From assembly GCF_006345805.1 (NCBI RefSeq), contig NW_021834901.1, forward strand, positions 1 to 64,000: DNA of 64,000 bases. Direction: 5' to 3'. This document shows, piece after piece, positions 13,022-27,466 of this stretch. Origin of the DNA: Octopus sinensis. Lineage: Eukaryota. Both the position numbers and the translations under genes were made by a program. How positions within the stretch are numbered: position 1 is the first letter of the stretch; each line of letters begins with the position of its first letter. Below the pieces are notes generated by a model, which was given only the letters and a program-made list of their open reading frames with translations, had not been told where the DNA came from and did no database searches.

Positions 13022-13849
13022 CTCAATAGTTTTTCTTTCCACATTAAATTCCAATATAATCGCAATTTACACACACTGTAACGTATTTGCAGAAAATTAC
13101 ATTAGAAAATAACCCATTTTTGTTAAAGTTCTGAGCAAACACAGACAATTCGTGTGAATTTTACGAAACTCATCTTTCCGCCCACAGACAAATTTGTTTC
13201 GCTACAAATTCCGATATAATCAGAATGATCACCATCTGAAGCGTATTAACAGAAAATTTAATTAAATATGGCCGTTTGGCGGGGAGTTATGAGGAAACAA
13301 ATTCGGTGCGTCGCACACATCTGTGAGAATGGCTGCCTTCCGAAGACGGGTCTTCTGCTGGAAATCGCTGTTCCAGTCGGAAAGCTTCTCGGATGTCCTC
13401 TCCCGCATCTGTGCGTGTTGGTGGGACATTACCATCAAATCCAAGCACCATTTGAGTCGTCTCTTTTCCTAACTAACATCTCTCTCTCTCACTCTCTCTC
13501 TTTCTCTAATTCTTTTTTCTTTCTTTCTCTCTGGGGGTTATGTTGCAGCCCTACCCAACCACCAGAATCATCCTCACCTGACCTAAGACCGACAATGACA
13601 GAGAAAGTAGCTGTCCATCTGCAGCTGACATGTACCCCAAGCCTCGACTCCTTGAAGCATCAACGGCTTAAAATGTGTAAGAAGCCGGTTCCCATTGTTA
13701 ACAGCGTGTAGGTCAACGGCAGACATATCTGGTCGGTGGTGGAAGATTGAGACAGATGCACAGGTATCTCGACGAAATTCAGCTGCGGGGAAGTGGCATC
13801 TGTCTTTACGATCAACCATGTGTTTCATTTTTCTTGAATCTTTTATTTA

Positions 13850-15400
13850 AATAAGAAATTTCAGTGTTTTTTCCCTTTTGTACAGACATATTGCGTTTAT
13901 TAAGTTGTCCAAAAATGTCTGACAAATAGAATAATTTGTATAACGAATCTTCATTGTGGAACAAATCTGAATTTAATCCCAGCAGGAATATTATGTCTTC
14001 ATCTTCTTAAAGTTCTAACAATTGTTTCAAAGCTTCTCCATTTCAGATTCATCACACTTCTGTTCTTCATAAAACTTTGCTGAAATTGGATGCCATTTTC
14101 TCACAGAAGAGGAAACTATTGAGAACAAGAATTTTAATAACGTTAATAATTTTAACCGCTTCTTGTAATATTGCAAAAGTATCTGGAAATATTTTCTGAG
14201 AAACAAACACCTCTCAGTGAAGATTGCAATAAGTGACAGAAATAGGGTTTTTATCTTACAAATTTAACTTGAACCCCAATTTCCCTCCTTATCATAGCTT
14301 CCGCATCTTTATTACATACTACATTACATTTATACCATCCAAGGCCTAGTTCTATCTCCCTTTTACTTGTTTCAGTCATTTGACTGCGGCCATGCTGGAG
14401 CACTGCCTTTAATCGAGGAACTCGATCCCCGGGACTTATTCTTTTATAATCCCAGTACTTATTCTATAGGTCTCTTTTGCCGAACCGCTAAGTGACGGGG
14501 ACATAAACACACCAGCATCGGTTGTCAAGCAATGCTAGGGGGACAAACACAGACACACAAACATATACACACACACAAACATATATATACATATATACGA
14601 CCGGCTTCTTTCAGTTTCCGTCTACCAAATCCACTCACAAGGTATTGGTTGGCCCGGGGCTATAGCAGAAGACACTTGCCCAAGATGCTACGCAGTGGGA
14701 CTGAACCCGGAACCATGTGGTTGGTAAGCAAGCTACTTACCACACAGCCACTCCTTCGCCTTTCGTCTACTTTTAGCTACAAAGTCCCCATCTTATGAAC
14801 CAATCTTCTTGGACCCTATTCTATATTACTATAGTTTGTAAGTTTTGCTGCTTCATCTAATTGAATTGCATGTTTAGAGACGTTGTTTAAAAACCTTCGC
14901 ATAATTTACTCCAATTAATCATTATTCATTTCTGAAATACAAATACCAACATTATCATTTCGCAGACGAACTTTGATTCATCTGCATGTTATTTCAATGA
15001 ATAATTCCTGATGTTTTCATTGCTGCTGCTAATACAAGTTCTTCGCCGATGTTGTTTGGGGTTTCTTTTATCTCTTGCAATTAAATAAACAGCTTCAAAA
15101 GATGCCCTTAAGTATTTCACTCTGTCTATTGAGTGAATAACTTGCTCAAGAGATTGCTTCTGTGTACTGATAGCCTTTCAAAACAATTCTATAGTCTTCT
15201 TATTATAAAGGAATGTCTTGAATCAAAACGTTTTAAATTTTTGTGGGCTTCATATTTTCAGACAACAAACAATTCTTACAAATAAAGCTGACCGGAATTC
15301 TTTCAATATTTGTCCAAAGTAAAAGTAAATCCATTATATTTCGTCTTTGCTCGTTCTGAAAGAATTACTTATTTCTGAATTCATGACACTCTTTCAAGTT
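13850..15400 (-). pseudogene. Decayed hAT (SPIN/Charlie/ZBED5-like) transposase, interrupted by a SINE
   Basis: Manual minus translation: LRASFEAVYLIARDK..IGEELVLAAAMK, HAIQLDEA, EAVKIINVIK..LNSFLFCEKMASNFSKVL*RTEV and LFHNEDSLYKLFYLSDIFGQLNKRNMSVQ, resembling the hAT IGEELILPAA, FALQLDES, LLLHTEVRWLS and LAYLADIFSHLNELNLSLQ motifs; many stops. Confidence 0.85.
14365..14757 (-). mobile_element. Full-length OR-like tRNA-derived SINE
   Basis: Minus head aggagtggctgtgtggtaagtagcttgcttaccaaccacatggttccgggttcagtccc with A/B-box-like motifs and the typical internal (CA/TA) tract. Confidence 0.88.
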
Positions 15401-16064
15401 CTTCACTCTCCTCAGTTATATCATCGTCGTTACTTTCTGCAGTTTTATTCCTCGATAGATTTGGCCATTTTTCTATAGAGAATATATTTTGTCTTTAATT
15501 ACAATATGCTAATTACTGTCACCGTCTTTGAGCAGAACAAGATGAAGATCTCACTCAATAAAGGAACTGATTCTGAGTCATCACATTTGAAAGTTATCCT
15601 TTTGGTTTCAGAGAGTCAGTGATAGAGTTCTCTTTTCTCTGTTATTTCAAAACGTCGTTTTTATAAATAAGTCTATTGTTACAAATTAAATTTAAATTTG
15701 AATATGTTCCTCTTAGTTTACATAATCAGTGACTTATTGTTTTGTACAACTTTCAGGAAGAAAGATCATGTTTATTATATTTTTGTTGTGTTTTTACATC
15801 ACATATAATATTTGAATATTCGTTCATTCCACGTTTTTGGAGCTAAAAATTAGTAAGATATGTCAGCAATTTATTCAAAATTATTTTATATAAAGGATGA
15901 TACCATATAATTTGTTTCTAAACCAATAATTTCTAATAGTAATTGCTTATCAATTTCTGAAATAAATTTGAAGTAATTTAAATAATTTTATGTTAAATTT
16001 CAAAATAATCAGGTCTGTTCACTCGTATCACGTAAGAATCCAATAACAATTGGACAATACTTAC

Positions 16065-18363
16065 TTATTTTTCGAATTATCTCTCTCTCTCTCTTTCTCT
16101 CTTTCTTTCTTTTTTCTTTCCCTCTCTCCCTGTTCCACACTTTCTTTTCTCTCTCTTTTTCTCTCCTTCTGTCTTTCTGTTCTTCTCTCTCTCTTTGTGC
16201 TGCTATTTTTAGTGTGCTGGTGCTGCTTGTAGGACCTTTAATTATTAATTAATGATGCTTTACCTTATGGGATTTTTTACGCATGCTTGCCAGTTGATAT
16301 TATTGTAAGCAATAATATCCATATATATATATATATAAATATATATGCACTTATACACAGGTGTGTATGATTGTGTATAGAAGAATATTCCAACTTTGAT
16401 TTTCATGATTTATTTACAATCTTATAATAATATATGATAAGATAAGATAACATAATGAAGCGATAGAATATCAAATATCCACTCTGATTGAACTAGTACT
16501 TTCATGCATTCTTCAAGTTGTATAAAAATAGTTATTGTCTGCATCATTCCAAAGAGAAATAAAGTCTCCATAAAGTGTAAAACATAGAAATAATTTGTAA
16601 GGTGTTAGTAACAAAATATTTTGTTAGAAATAGGACTATTATCATCGGTCTTAAATTTAATTTCGCCTGTGTAGATATGTGTGTGTATAAATATTAATTT
16701 TAAATCTTTACAGGAAAGTAGCAAAAATTGATTTACATTTACAATGCCGGTTTCAAATATGACTTCAGTTTTAATTTTTTACAGAAATTAGAAAAGGTTT
16801 ATCCACTTATCTGAATATTCTATTACCTCATGAAAGTTTATTGTCTCATTTTGCGGCTTGTATCGGATAAGAATACTGACCGAAGTACACATTTTTTATA
16901 ACCCGTTATGTGTTTTTTTAACGGCAGTGTCAGTATTTTCTGTCGATGTATGTTATTCGCTGTACTTTAATATCCGGAAAATAAATCCATTTTCCAGAAA
17001 TTCACCATTCCTACACGACGCAAAGCAATATGAGATGAGGTGTTTTGCTTAAGAACGCAATACAATTCCCTTTACGGGATTCGAAACCGCGATCTCGCTA
17101 TCGCGAATGTAGCACAGTTAACATCGTGGTCATACGCCTTGGACACCAGTTATATTATTAAACATGTTATATGACATAGAGGTGACAGCATCCCAGAAAT
17201 CCTTCTTATTTACTGGGCGTTTTCCCGAAGCAACACCCACTGAATTTTCATGGATCCCGAGAAAGATCTGAGCGTTACTCCTAAGAGATGTCTCTTGTCA
17301 GCTAACGATATGGCGTTGTATCATGTAATGATAGAAAGTCTGACGCAGAAAATTGCGTTGTTTGATGTGGTGATACAAAGTCTGAGAACGAGGCCAATTT
17401 TAGGTACATATCTTTGTTTGATTTTTGTGTGTTTTACTTAGGGTGTTGTTGTCGACGTTGTTGTTTGCCCTGACTGATCGTAATTTTGCACAAAGGCATT
17501 CCAATTATACCCTACTAATTATTTTTATTCAAACATTAGCAACCATTTCCTCCATTGTCTAAAATAAGAGTGTGTGATTGGAAAGAGATTTCGCAGGTAT
17601 CTCCAGGTGTTTGATGGAAAACATTGTAAACATATCTGCGCCACAAGCCAATGTTTCCTGATTGAGTAAGCTATGGTCAGAGGACATCCAGTCGTCATCT
17701 TCCCATCCATTTAGTTATATAGCATTGTCTCCGGTCTCTAGGTGAGCAGGGTTTTCCCTGAATTCAATTGCAACCAAAAACCCATAGGACACTTGTGGGT
17801 ATACCACTAAATACATGCTTCCAATTCCTCAGATCTGAATGCTTCGCCACCTTCCCATCCCCGCAGGACTTTCAAATGAAAAAAATAAGTTGTACAGTTA
17901 AAAAGTATAGAGGTTAAATTAAAAAGATAATATTAAACAAGAATATCCAAGCAAAATAGTCGGCAATGTCTGTACACAATGCCTGTACACAAATTTACAA
18001 ATTGCTTTGCAGCGTTTCTGTCGGCTATTCGCGTTCTGAGTTCCTTTCCCGCTGAAGTCCCCTTTGCGTTTCATTTCTCAGAGGTGCTGAAGTCCAATTA
18101 GTCGACTGACCACTTCCCCCACAATAACACAACCACTGGCATTCTACCTAAGCCAGAGACAACATTATATGAGCGGCAATCTAGGATTTCAGGACAAAGA
18201 ATTGCTACGCGGTGTCATATGTAATCATGTATGGTTATATAAAGATGCAGAAAGACATATACATACACAAACACACACAAATATATTTGCGTGTATGTGT
18301 GTGTGTGTAAGTGTACCTGTGTGTGCTTGTGTATGTGACTGTGTGCAATTATGTACGTTTGTT

Positions 18364-18411
<48 letters not shown>

Positions 18412-19485
18412 CGTAGAGCCCTGTGAGTGGATTTGGTAGACAGAAACTATATGTATATATATGTGTGTGTGTGTCTATATGTTTCTATGTGTCATTTTAT
18501 TGTTCACTTTTGCCGATCCGCTATGTTAAGGGGAGCGAAATAAAACCATGCTGCCAAGCTGTGAATGGAGAATAAACATAGACACACATACGTTTGAATG
18601 TGTTATTTTATTGCTCACTTTTGCCGATCCGCGATGTTAAGGGTGATGTTATGGTTGCTTGGAACCAAATGCTCACCGCCAAATTATCGTCAGAAATTAA
18701 ATACGTTTTATCCACTTATCTGAATATTCTATTGCCTCATATAAGTTTTTTGTCTCATCAGAAGCGTTCCGGTCGTGATCATCCCGTCGCTTTACTTATA
18801 TTGCAATGTGTGTTGTGTTCTTTCCGTGGTTAAGACGATAGGGTGTGAGACAATGGAATATCATAGTCTCAAATGCTTACGATAGGGCTGATAGCGCAAA
18901 TGTTCAAGTAATGGGCATTCATTAGTCCTGAAACCTATATCTACAATCATTATTGTAATACATCACATGATGTGGATGTTAATTTTCATAGATCTTTCCG
19001 AAATATAAGTCCGACCTTTCTATCAAGATGAAGCATCAATTTATTAAACGACATCTAGGACTGAATTATTCTGCAACTTGCAGAAGAATGAAAGTGATAT
19101 TCTACGTGGTTTACTCTGCATGTGTGTTTAGTATATTGTAACTTTCATGTACATGGGTTATCTCAAGTACAACATACCCTCGAATATTTAGGGGCGTCCA
19201 GTTCACCCTGTGTAACTTGCCGAAGACTCACACAGCAGATGCAGGTACTAGAGGGTAAAGACGGTACTAATTCTCTAAGTTGTTCACTTGAGCATCCGCA
19301 TACCAATTTATTATTATTCCATATACACAAAACACTTTAGATTGTCTGAATACGTTTGTGTGTATATATATATATACTAATGTATATGTGGGCGTCTATG
19401 AGCATGTGTGTGTGTGAATACATGCACAAGTGTACGGCGTTCAAAATACACACACAGACACACACACACGCAGATACACACACAC

Positions 19486-19529
<44 letters not shown>

Positions 19530-21770
19530 TACGCATTCAGAGATCAACACACACATATAAAAAGTGTATTCGTTTCTTTAATTATTTTACTTGTTTAAGT
19601 CATTTGACTGCGTCCTTGCTGGAGTTCCACCTAAAAAGCCTTTAAGCCGAAGAACCGAATGTTTACCACTGGGCTTATTCTTGGTAAGCCTGGTACTAAT
19701 TTTATTGATCGCTTTTGCCGAACAGCTATGTTAAAGCGGGCGTAAAAGACCTGCTGTCAAACTATGAACGCGTAACCAACATAGTCACACAGACACACAC
19801 GCACACAAGTAAACACACACACACACACACTCATACATACACACACACGCGCGCGCGCCACACATACACTCACAGACACACTCACACACACATATGTATA
19901 TATATATATATAACGGATTTCCTTCGGGTCCGTCTACTAAACCCACTCACAAGTCTTTGCTCGGCCCGAGGTTATAGTAGAAGACACTTTCCCAGGTTGC
20001 CAAGCAGGGAAACTACACATGGATCTATGTGCCTGCGGAACAAGTTCCTTACCAAAAAGCCACGCCTATGCATGTGTGTTTATGTAGAATTCTATAAACA
20101 GGATGAACAGGACAATCAAATGTTTAAATAATAGTTCTTACTTGCGTGTAACAACGTTATGGTTGCTTGGAACAAAATGCTCACCGACAAATGACTGTCA
20201 GGAACAACGTTATTCTATTAAGTTGCATAGTAATAGAAAGATAAAAAGAAGAAAATATAAATCATATATTTGTGTCTGTGTATATATAAATACATTTTAA
20301 ATTTTAAAAGAAATGTAACAAAAATTGATTTATCTATTCGCATTCTGAGTTCCTTTCCTGTCGAATTCCCCTTTGCCTTTCATTTCTCAGAGGTGCTGAA
20401 TTGCAGTTAGTCGACTGTCCACCTCTCCCACAAAACACAACCCCTGGCATTCTACCTAACCCAGAAACCACTTTATAAGCGGCAATCTAGGATTTTAGGA
20501 CGAAGAATTTCTACGCGGGGTCATATGTAATCATGTATGGTTATATAAAATGCATGAGGATATATATACATACACAAACACGCAAAAATATGTGTGTGTA
20601 TGTATGTTAGTTGGTATATATATATATATATATATCTTTATATACATATGTATATATGAATGTATATGTGAGCGTGTGTCTACATGTGTGTGTGTGAATA
20701 CATGCACATGTATACGAGGCAAAACATTCACACACATACATATATATAGGTATATAAATACATATGTATATATTCATACGCATTTATATATATACACAGA
20801 CATGCGCACACACATATATAAATGTGTATTCTTTTTCTTTAATTCTTTTACGTGTTGAAGTCATTTGCCCGCGGCCATGCTGGAGTGCCATATCAAAAGC
20901 CATTAGGCCCAATAAATTGACATCAGAGATTATTCTTTGTAAGCCAAGTACTTATTTTATTGGCTGCTTTTGCCGAACCGCAATGTTAAGGAAGGGGCCT
21001 TAAAAAACCTGCTGTCGAATATGAATGGGTAACAAACATAGTTGCAAAGGCCAAACAAACACACACATACACAAACAAACAAACTCACACACACACACAC
21101 AAACACATATATGCTTCAATATATATAGATTTATATATAACGCACTTCTTTCGGTTTCCGTCTACCAAATCCACTCGTAAGGCTTTGGTCGGTCTGAGGT
21201 TATAGTAGAAGACACTTTCCCAAATTGCCATGCAGTGAAACTGAACCTGGAACTATCTGCTTGTGAAGCATGTTTCTTACCACACAGCCACGCCTATGCA
21301 TATGTGTTTATGTAGAAGTCTATATATAGGATGAACAGGACAAAGAAATGTTTGAATAATAATTCTGAAGTGCATGTAACAACGTTATGGTTGCTTGGAA
21401 CCAAAATCTCACCGACAAATGATCGTCAGGAACAACTTAATAGTATTAATTTGCATAGTTATAGAAAGATAGAGAGAGAGGGAAAAATAAATCATATATA
21501 CATGTGTGTGTAGATACAAATGTTAAATCTTAAAAGAAAAGTAACAAAAATTGATTTACCTTTATAGAGCCGGCCCCAAATATGACTTCGGTTTGAATTT
21601 TTGACAGAAATTAAATGTTTTATCCACTTATCGGAATATTCTATTGCCTCATATAAGTTTTTTGTCTCAACCTTCCAGGTGCTATCCGAAAAGCATACTG
21701 AATGAAATACCCTGTTGTAATAATTCTCTAATTATTTTTAAAACGAGAGTGGCAGTATTTTTTCTTGATG
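16065..21770. repeat. Segmental duplication blocks: 16065-18130 matches 5365-7770 and 27415-29570; 18130-19990 matches 29570-31490; older internal duplication around 20330-21700
   Basis: Shared anchors ttttcgaattatctctc, ggcattctacctaa and gatctttccgaaatataagtccgacct read by eye. Confidence 0.9.
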
Positions 21771-24355
21771 TATGTGATTGGCTGAAATTCTTAATATCCG
21801 GAAAATAAATCCATTTTCCAGCTAGTCACCATTCCTACACGTCGAGTGTTGAAATGGTCGCTGTGCAACATAAGATGAATTGTACTGCGCACAAAACATC
21901 ACTCGTCCCAGGATCTCAAATCACGACCTTAATCACGATTTCATGTCCTCGACTACTATTATATTACCAAAACTTTATTTTTCATATGTCCTGACAACAC
22001 CTACAGAATATTCTTATCTACTTGTCGCTTTTCTAAAACAAACGCCATAGTTTTTACCGATTATTGGGATGGCGATATCTGCTCAAAAATAGGACCTCAT
22101 CGCTCTAGTTACTAAAATGGAAACCCGGCCAATTTTCCTCGTTTCGCAGAATATATTTCAGTTATTTGTAAAGAATGCTTGTTGTTCAATGATGACAAGA
22201 CTATGATCAGAGGCGTTTCGGCCATGATCGTGCCGTTGATTTACTTACATCGCAATGTGTGTTGTGTTCTTTCCGTGGTTAAGACGAGGTGGGTGGGACA
22301 ATGGAATATCATTGTCTCAAATGCTTACGATAGGGCTGATAGCGCAAACGTTCAAGTAATGGACAATCATTAGTCCTGAAACCTACACCTGCAATCATTA
22401 TTGTAATACATCACATGATGTGGATGTTAATTTTCATAGATCTCTCCGAAATATAAGTCCGACATTACAATTAATTTTTGCTTAGAAACTCTGTCTCCCT
22501 TTTCAGCTTCCTTTCAGCAACCATAACCATGTCTCAATATTACTATTTCCTGCAACTATCTTTGCCAATCGACATTGCCATACATTCTCTTGTCAGTTAG
22601 ATTATCTTCCTACTTTTTTTATTGTTTTAATTTCATTTGGCTTTTTCCTTTCCTATCTCCTACTATAACTCAGGCAAATCATAAATTTTATTCATTATTA
22701 TATATATCAACTCTAGCTAACTCTACCCTACTTTCTGCTGATATTAAACCGCTTCCACCTTCGTTATTCTAAGTAAGTGCAATCTTGCTCTTCCTAATCG
22801 AGGCTGAAGTCCTCTATTCATATTGAATTCCTTCCTAGTTCTTCTGTCTAGATTTGCTAATTCAGATCTTTTCCAATCAACAAATTCTGCTGAATACCGA
22901 AGTAACGACACTTCCCAAAGTTTTTACAACCTTTACTAGATTTAGAACCCTTCGCTTTCCCTTCATTAGCTTCTTCAACCTTCCGATGTACTCCTTAGCT
23001 ATTTTTGTTTTCATTTCCATTGTTAGTACACTCTCAGATTCTAATACTCCGAAGCACTTATGATTCTCTGCCTTCAGTGATATTACTTTCTTGCTATCTG
23101 GCCTTCACTGCTGACTCCCTTTTCTGTGTGAATTCATGTTAAAAGTCTCTACATTGGGAATTTGCCTGGTTTTTGTCTATTTTGGATTTTATGTAGTTAG
23201 TTATGAATGCCTGATCGTGTGCGGTTGCTTACAAACACTGTCTCCCTTTTCATTTTCCGTTCTGAAACCATATTAGTCTGTAAGTGTCCCTTGGCTATTC
23301 TTTCTGTACCCTTTCTGTTCCACTGGTGCTTTGTAATTTATTTCCAGGAAATCATACACCTAATTAGATATTATTCCTGTCATCAGCTTCCACATGAGGG
23401 GCAGACAGGTGATAGGCCGGTGATTATCCACTGCATTGCTTTGTTGGGATTATTTTGGCAAAGAATTGTTTGACTTTTGGTCAGCCTCTTTGGGATTTGT
23501 ACCCCGTTGTTGATCATTTTATATATTTGCTTGGCTATTCTTCTGTGTACTGCTGGGGGAAATTTTCAGCCAATATCCTTGTACGCTATCCGGTCCTGGG
23601 TATTTCCAGTTTGGCGATTTAATCACTCTGGCCCACATTGGTAGTCAAATATACAATGAGGCGACAGGTGTTTATACATCTGCTTTTACTCGTCCTTAAT
23701 TACTAAACAATACTCTCCTCTCGCTCTCTTTCCCTCTCTCCTCTAATAACTTAATTAAATTTAACTCTCTATAATTATCTACGATGACTATGCGAGAATT
23801 TGTATGTGGGTGTGTCTGTGCGTACAAACAGACATTTATCTGTCCATTTCTAAACTCATACGTATGGATGTGTATGTATGGCCGCGTAAGTGTGTGTATC
23901 TGACTGTGTGTATATCAATAGGAATATGCCACTGCATATGTGTCTGTGTGTGTCTGTGTGTATTTGCATATGTTAGTGCGTGTGTGTATGTGTATGTCTC
24001 TCTCTGTATGTATGTGTGGTATACATGCATCCTTTAACCCCAAGTCAAACACCCCTTCACTATATAGACTAATCTCTATATACTCTCATATATTTCTCAT
24101 TCGCCCAATAATAGACTCTTCCAAGGCCATCCAAATCTGATTCACTTTCTATTCAAAGATGCAACTGTTAATTTCCATTATCCTTTGCCAGGGACTTTCC
24201 TGGAAACTTTACTAACTTTTTCACCGAACTTATTATTTATAAGACTTGTACTTATTCTATGAGTCTCCTTTGCTGAACCACTAATCTACATGGACGTAAA
24301 CTCACCAACATCGGTTGTAAAGCGATGGTGGTGGACAGACACAGACACAAAAACT

Positions 24356-24387
<32 letters not shown>

Positions 24388-25903
24388 ATACTTATATTAT
24401 AAATTATAAAATGAATGTTCTTGAAAAAGGCTAAATGTTTTTCTTGCTCCTAATCTGTTATAATTTATGTCCCTCCGCTCAATGATCAACACACCTTAAA
24501 CCCATGATACCCAATTCTGCACCACATTTTTCTGTTCAAGCCGGTGTTTTAGTGGTAAACCAAACTGAGCAGTCACACTACATACGACCTTTTACATGAT
24601 TTTCTATTGTATCAACGCTAAGGTATAATATATACTTTTATGTGGCTTTGGGGAGTGGCATGAACGGATTTCTTCTATTTGTATGTATTTCAATTTCTCG
24701 TGTAACGAACAATTCCTTTAACGAACATGGCTCGGAAAGGATTATGTGTATATATAGAGATGGCACTGGTTTGAGAAGTTTTGAGTCGAACTAATTGACC
24801 TCTGTACTTAATTTTTTAAGCCTTGTACTTATTTTATTGGAGTATATTGGTGAACCGCTAAGTTACCGGAACGTAAACACACCAACACAGGTCATCAAGC
24901 GGTGGGACAAACACTGACACAAAGACACACACACTGATACATACAGACAGACATATATAGACATAGAAGTGGCCGTAGAGTATGAAACACATGGTTCCGG
25001 GTTCAGTCCCGTTGCGAGACATTTTGGCTGAGTGTCTTCTACTATAGCCAAGGGCCGACCATAGTCTTGTGAGTGGATTTCATAGATGGAAACTCAAATA
25101 AGCCCGTCGTATGTGTGTGTGTGTATTTGTGTGTCTATATTTGTCCCTCCACCATCATTTGACAACCGATGTTGGTGTGCTTACGTCCCTGTAACATAGC
25201 GGTTCTGGAAAAGAAACTGATAGAATAAGTACTAGGATTACAAAGGTTAAGTCCTAGGGTCGATTTGTTCGACTAAAGGCGGAGCTCCAACATGGCCGCA
25301 GTCAAATGACTGAAACAAGTAAAAGAATAGTCACGATAGGCTTCTTTCCGTTTCCATCTACCAAATCCACATATGAAGATTTTGAGAGTCCAATGGCTAC
25401 AGTAGAAGACATTTATGTAGCGTGCCACGCAGTGGAACTGAACCCGAATCCAAATTTGGAAGCAAGCGTCTTACCACACAGCCGCGCCTAAACATGCCCC
25501 CCTACACAGATTCAATCCAAGGAAACACGCATAAAGATGAAACACTCTCCAAGCCGTTCACTTTATAATTTGTTAAAACCATTAACATGGTGTCCATTAG
25601 TGAGTGATGCTGTGTTTTGTTTTATTTCTCCTACACATTGATTCCAAATTTTGGCACAACACCAGCAATTTCAGGGGAGGAGTAAGTTGATTACATCGAC
25701 CCCAGTATATAACTGATATTCATTTCATCGACCCCGAAAGGATAAAAGGCAAAGACAACCTCGGCGGAATATTTCTACTTAATATTTAATATTATTACGT
25801 TCATGCATTTTTGAAATTGGGTGTTAAAACAGAAATTCTTCTATTTGGAGATGGTCGTCTGTTGCCAATGAAACACGCGCAATATATATTTGATATTCAC
25901 TTT

Positions 25904-25934
<31 letters not shown>

Positions 25935-26578
25935 GTACGCCGGGCGAAACGTTTAGAAGTATTTCGTCTGCGGTTACGTTCTGAGTTCAAATTCCACCGA
26001 GTCCAAATTCCACCGAGGTCGATATTGCCTTTCATCCTTTTGTAGTCGATTAAATAAGTACCAGTTACGCACTGGAGGCGATATAATCGACTTAATCAGC
26101 GTGTCTGTCCTTGTTTGTCCTCTCTGTGTTTAGCCCCTTGTGGGTAGTAAAGAGATAAGTATTTCGTCTCTCACTACATTCTGAGTTCAAATTCCGCTTA
26201 GATCGACTTTGCCCTTCATCCTTTCGGAGACGATAAATTAAGTACCAGTTACACACTGGGATCGATGTAATGGACTTGTCCTTGTGCTTCCAGTAGACAG
26301 GATAATAATAATAATAATAATAATAATTATTATTATTATTATTATTATTATTTGAGGTTTAGCTGGCAGAATCGTTAGCACGCCGGGCAAAATGCTTGGT
26401 AGTATTTCATCCATCATTAGTTTCTGAGTTCAAATCCCCCGAGGTCAACTTCACATTTCAACATTTCGAGGTCTATAAATTAAATACCAGTTGAGTACTA
26501 GGGGCTATGTAATCGACTAACTCCCCCCATCCAAGAATATGTCAGGCTTTGTGCTTATAGTAGGAACGACTATTATTA

Positions 26579-26627
<49 letters not shown>

Positions 26628-26910
26628 CATTATTATTATTATTATTACTATTAGTATAAATTCTTTCGTCTCACATACTGTGATCTCCTCAGCGACTCTC
26701 TGCTACGCCTTTTTCTTCTTATCCTGCTTATTCTGTATTAAAATTTATATTAAATGTCTACTTTTCTACTGTTTGTCAAGTGGTTTGTTTATCAAATAAT
26801 TTATACTCGGAACAATTGTACAAACGGAATTTCCCACTTGGTGCAGCAGCTATATTTTAGTAATTGTTTGAATGAATACACGCACATACACAACTCACTT
26901 ATATGTTTGT

Positions 26911-26986
<76 letters not shown>

Positions 26987-27109
26987 GTGTGTGTGTGTGT
27001 GTGTGTGTGTATGTATATATATATAAGCATAGTAGAAATATGTTAAAGAAAGAAAATATAAAATACACGTGGAAATGTAAGGATAAAGATGATATATGTA
27101 TATGTATAA

Positions 27110-27183
<74 letters not shown>

Positions 27184-27432
27184 CTTTTAGTGGGGGGCAA
27201 CCAGATCGAACCTTCCCAAGGTTACTGCCCGAGATGGTCGTGACTTGTGTGGGACTTGACTGAGGAAAGAGAGCGTTATTTTTTTACCATTTATATAAGT
27301 ATGTATGTGGTGTGTGTGTGTGTGTGTGTATGTGTGTGTGTGTATGTGTGTGTGTGAGTATGTGTGTGTGTGTGTTTCAATCTATGTATTGAAGTTTCTG
27401 TTTGTTTATCTGTCTAATTATTTTTCGAATTG

Positions 27433-27466
<34 letters not shown>

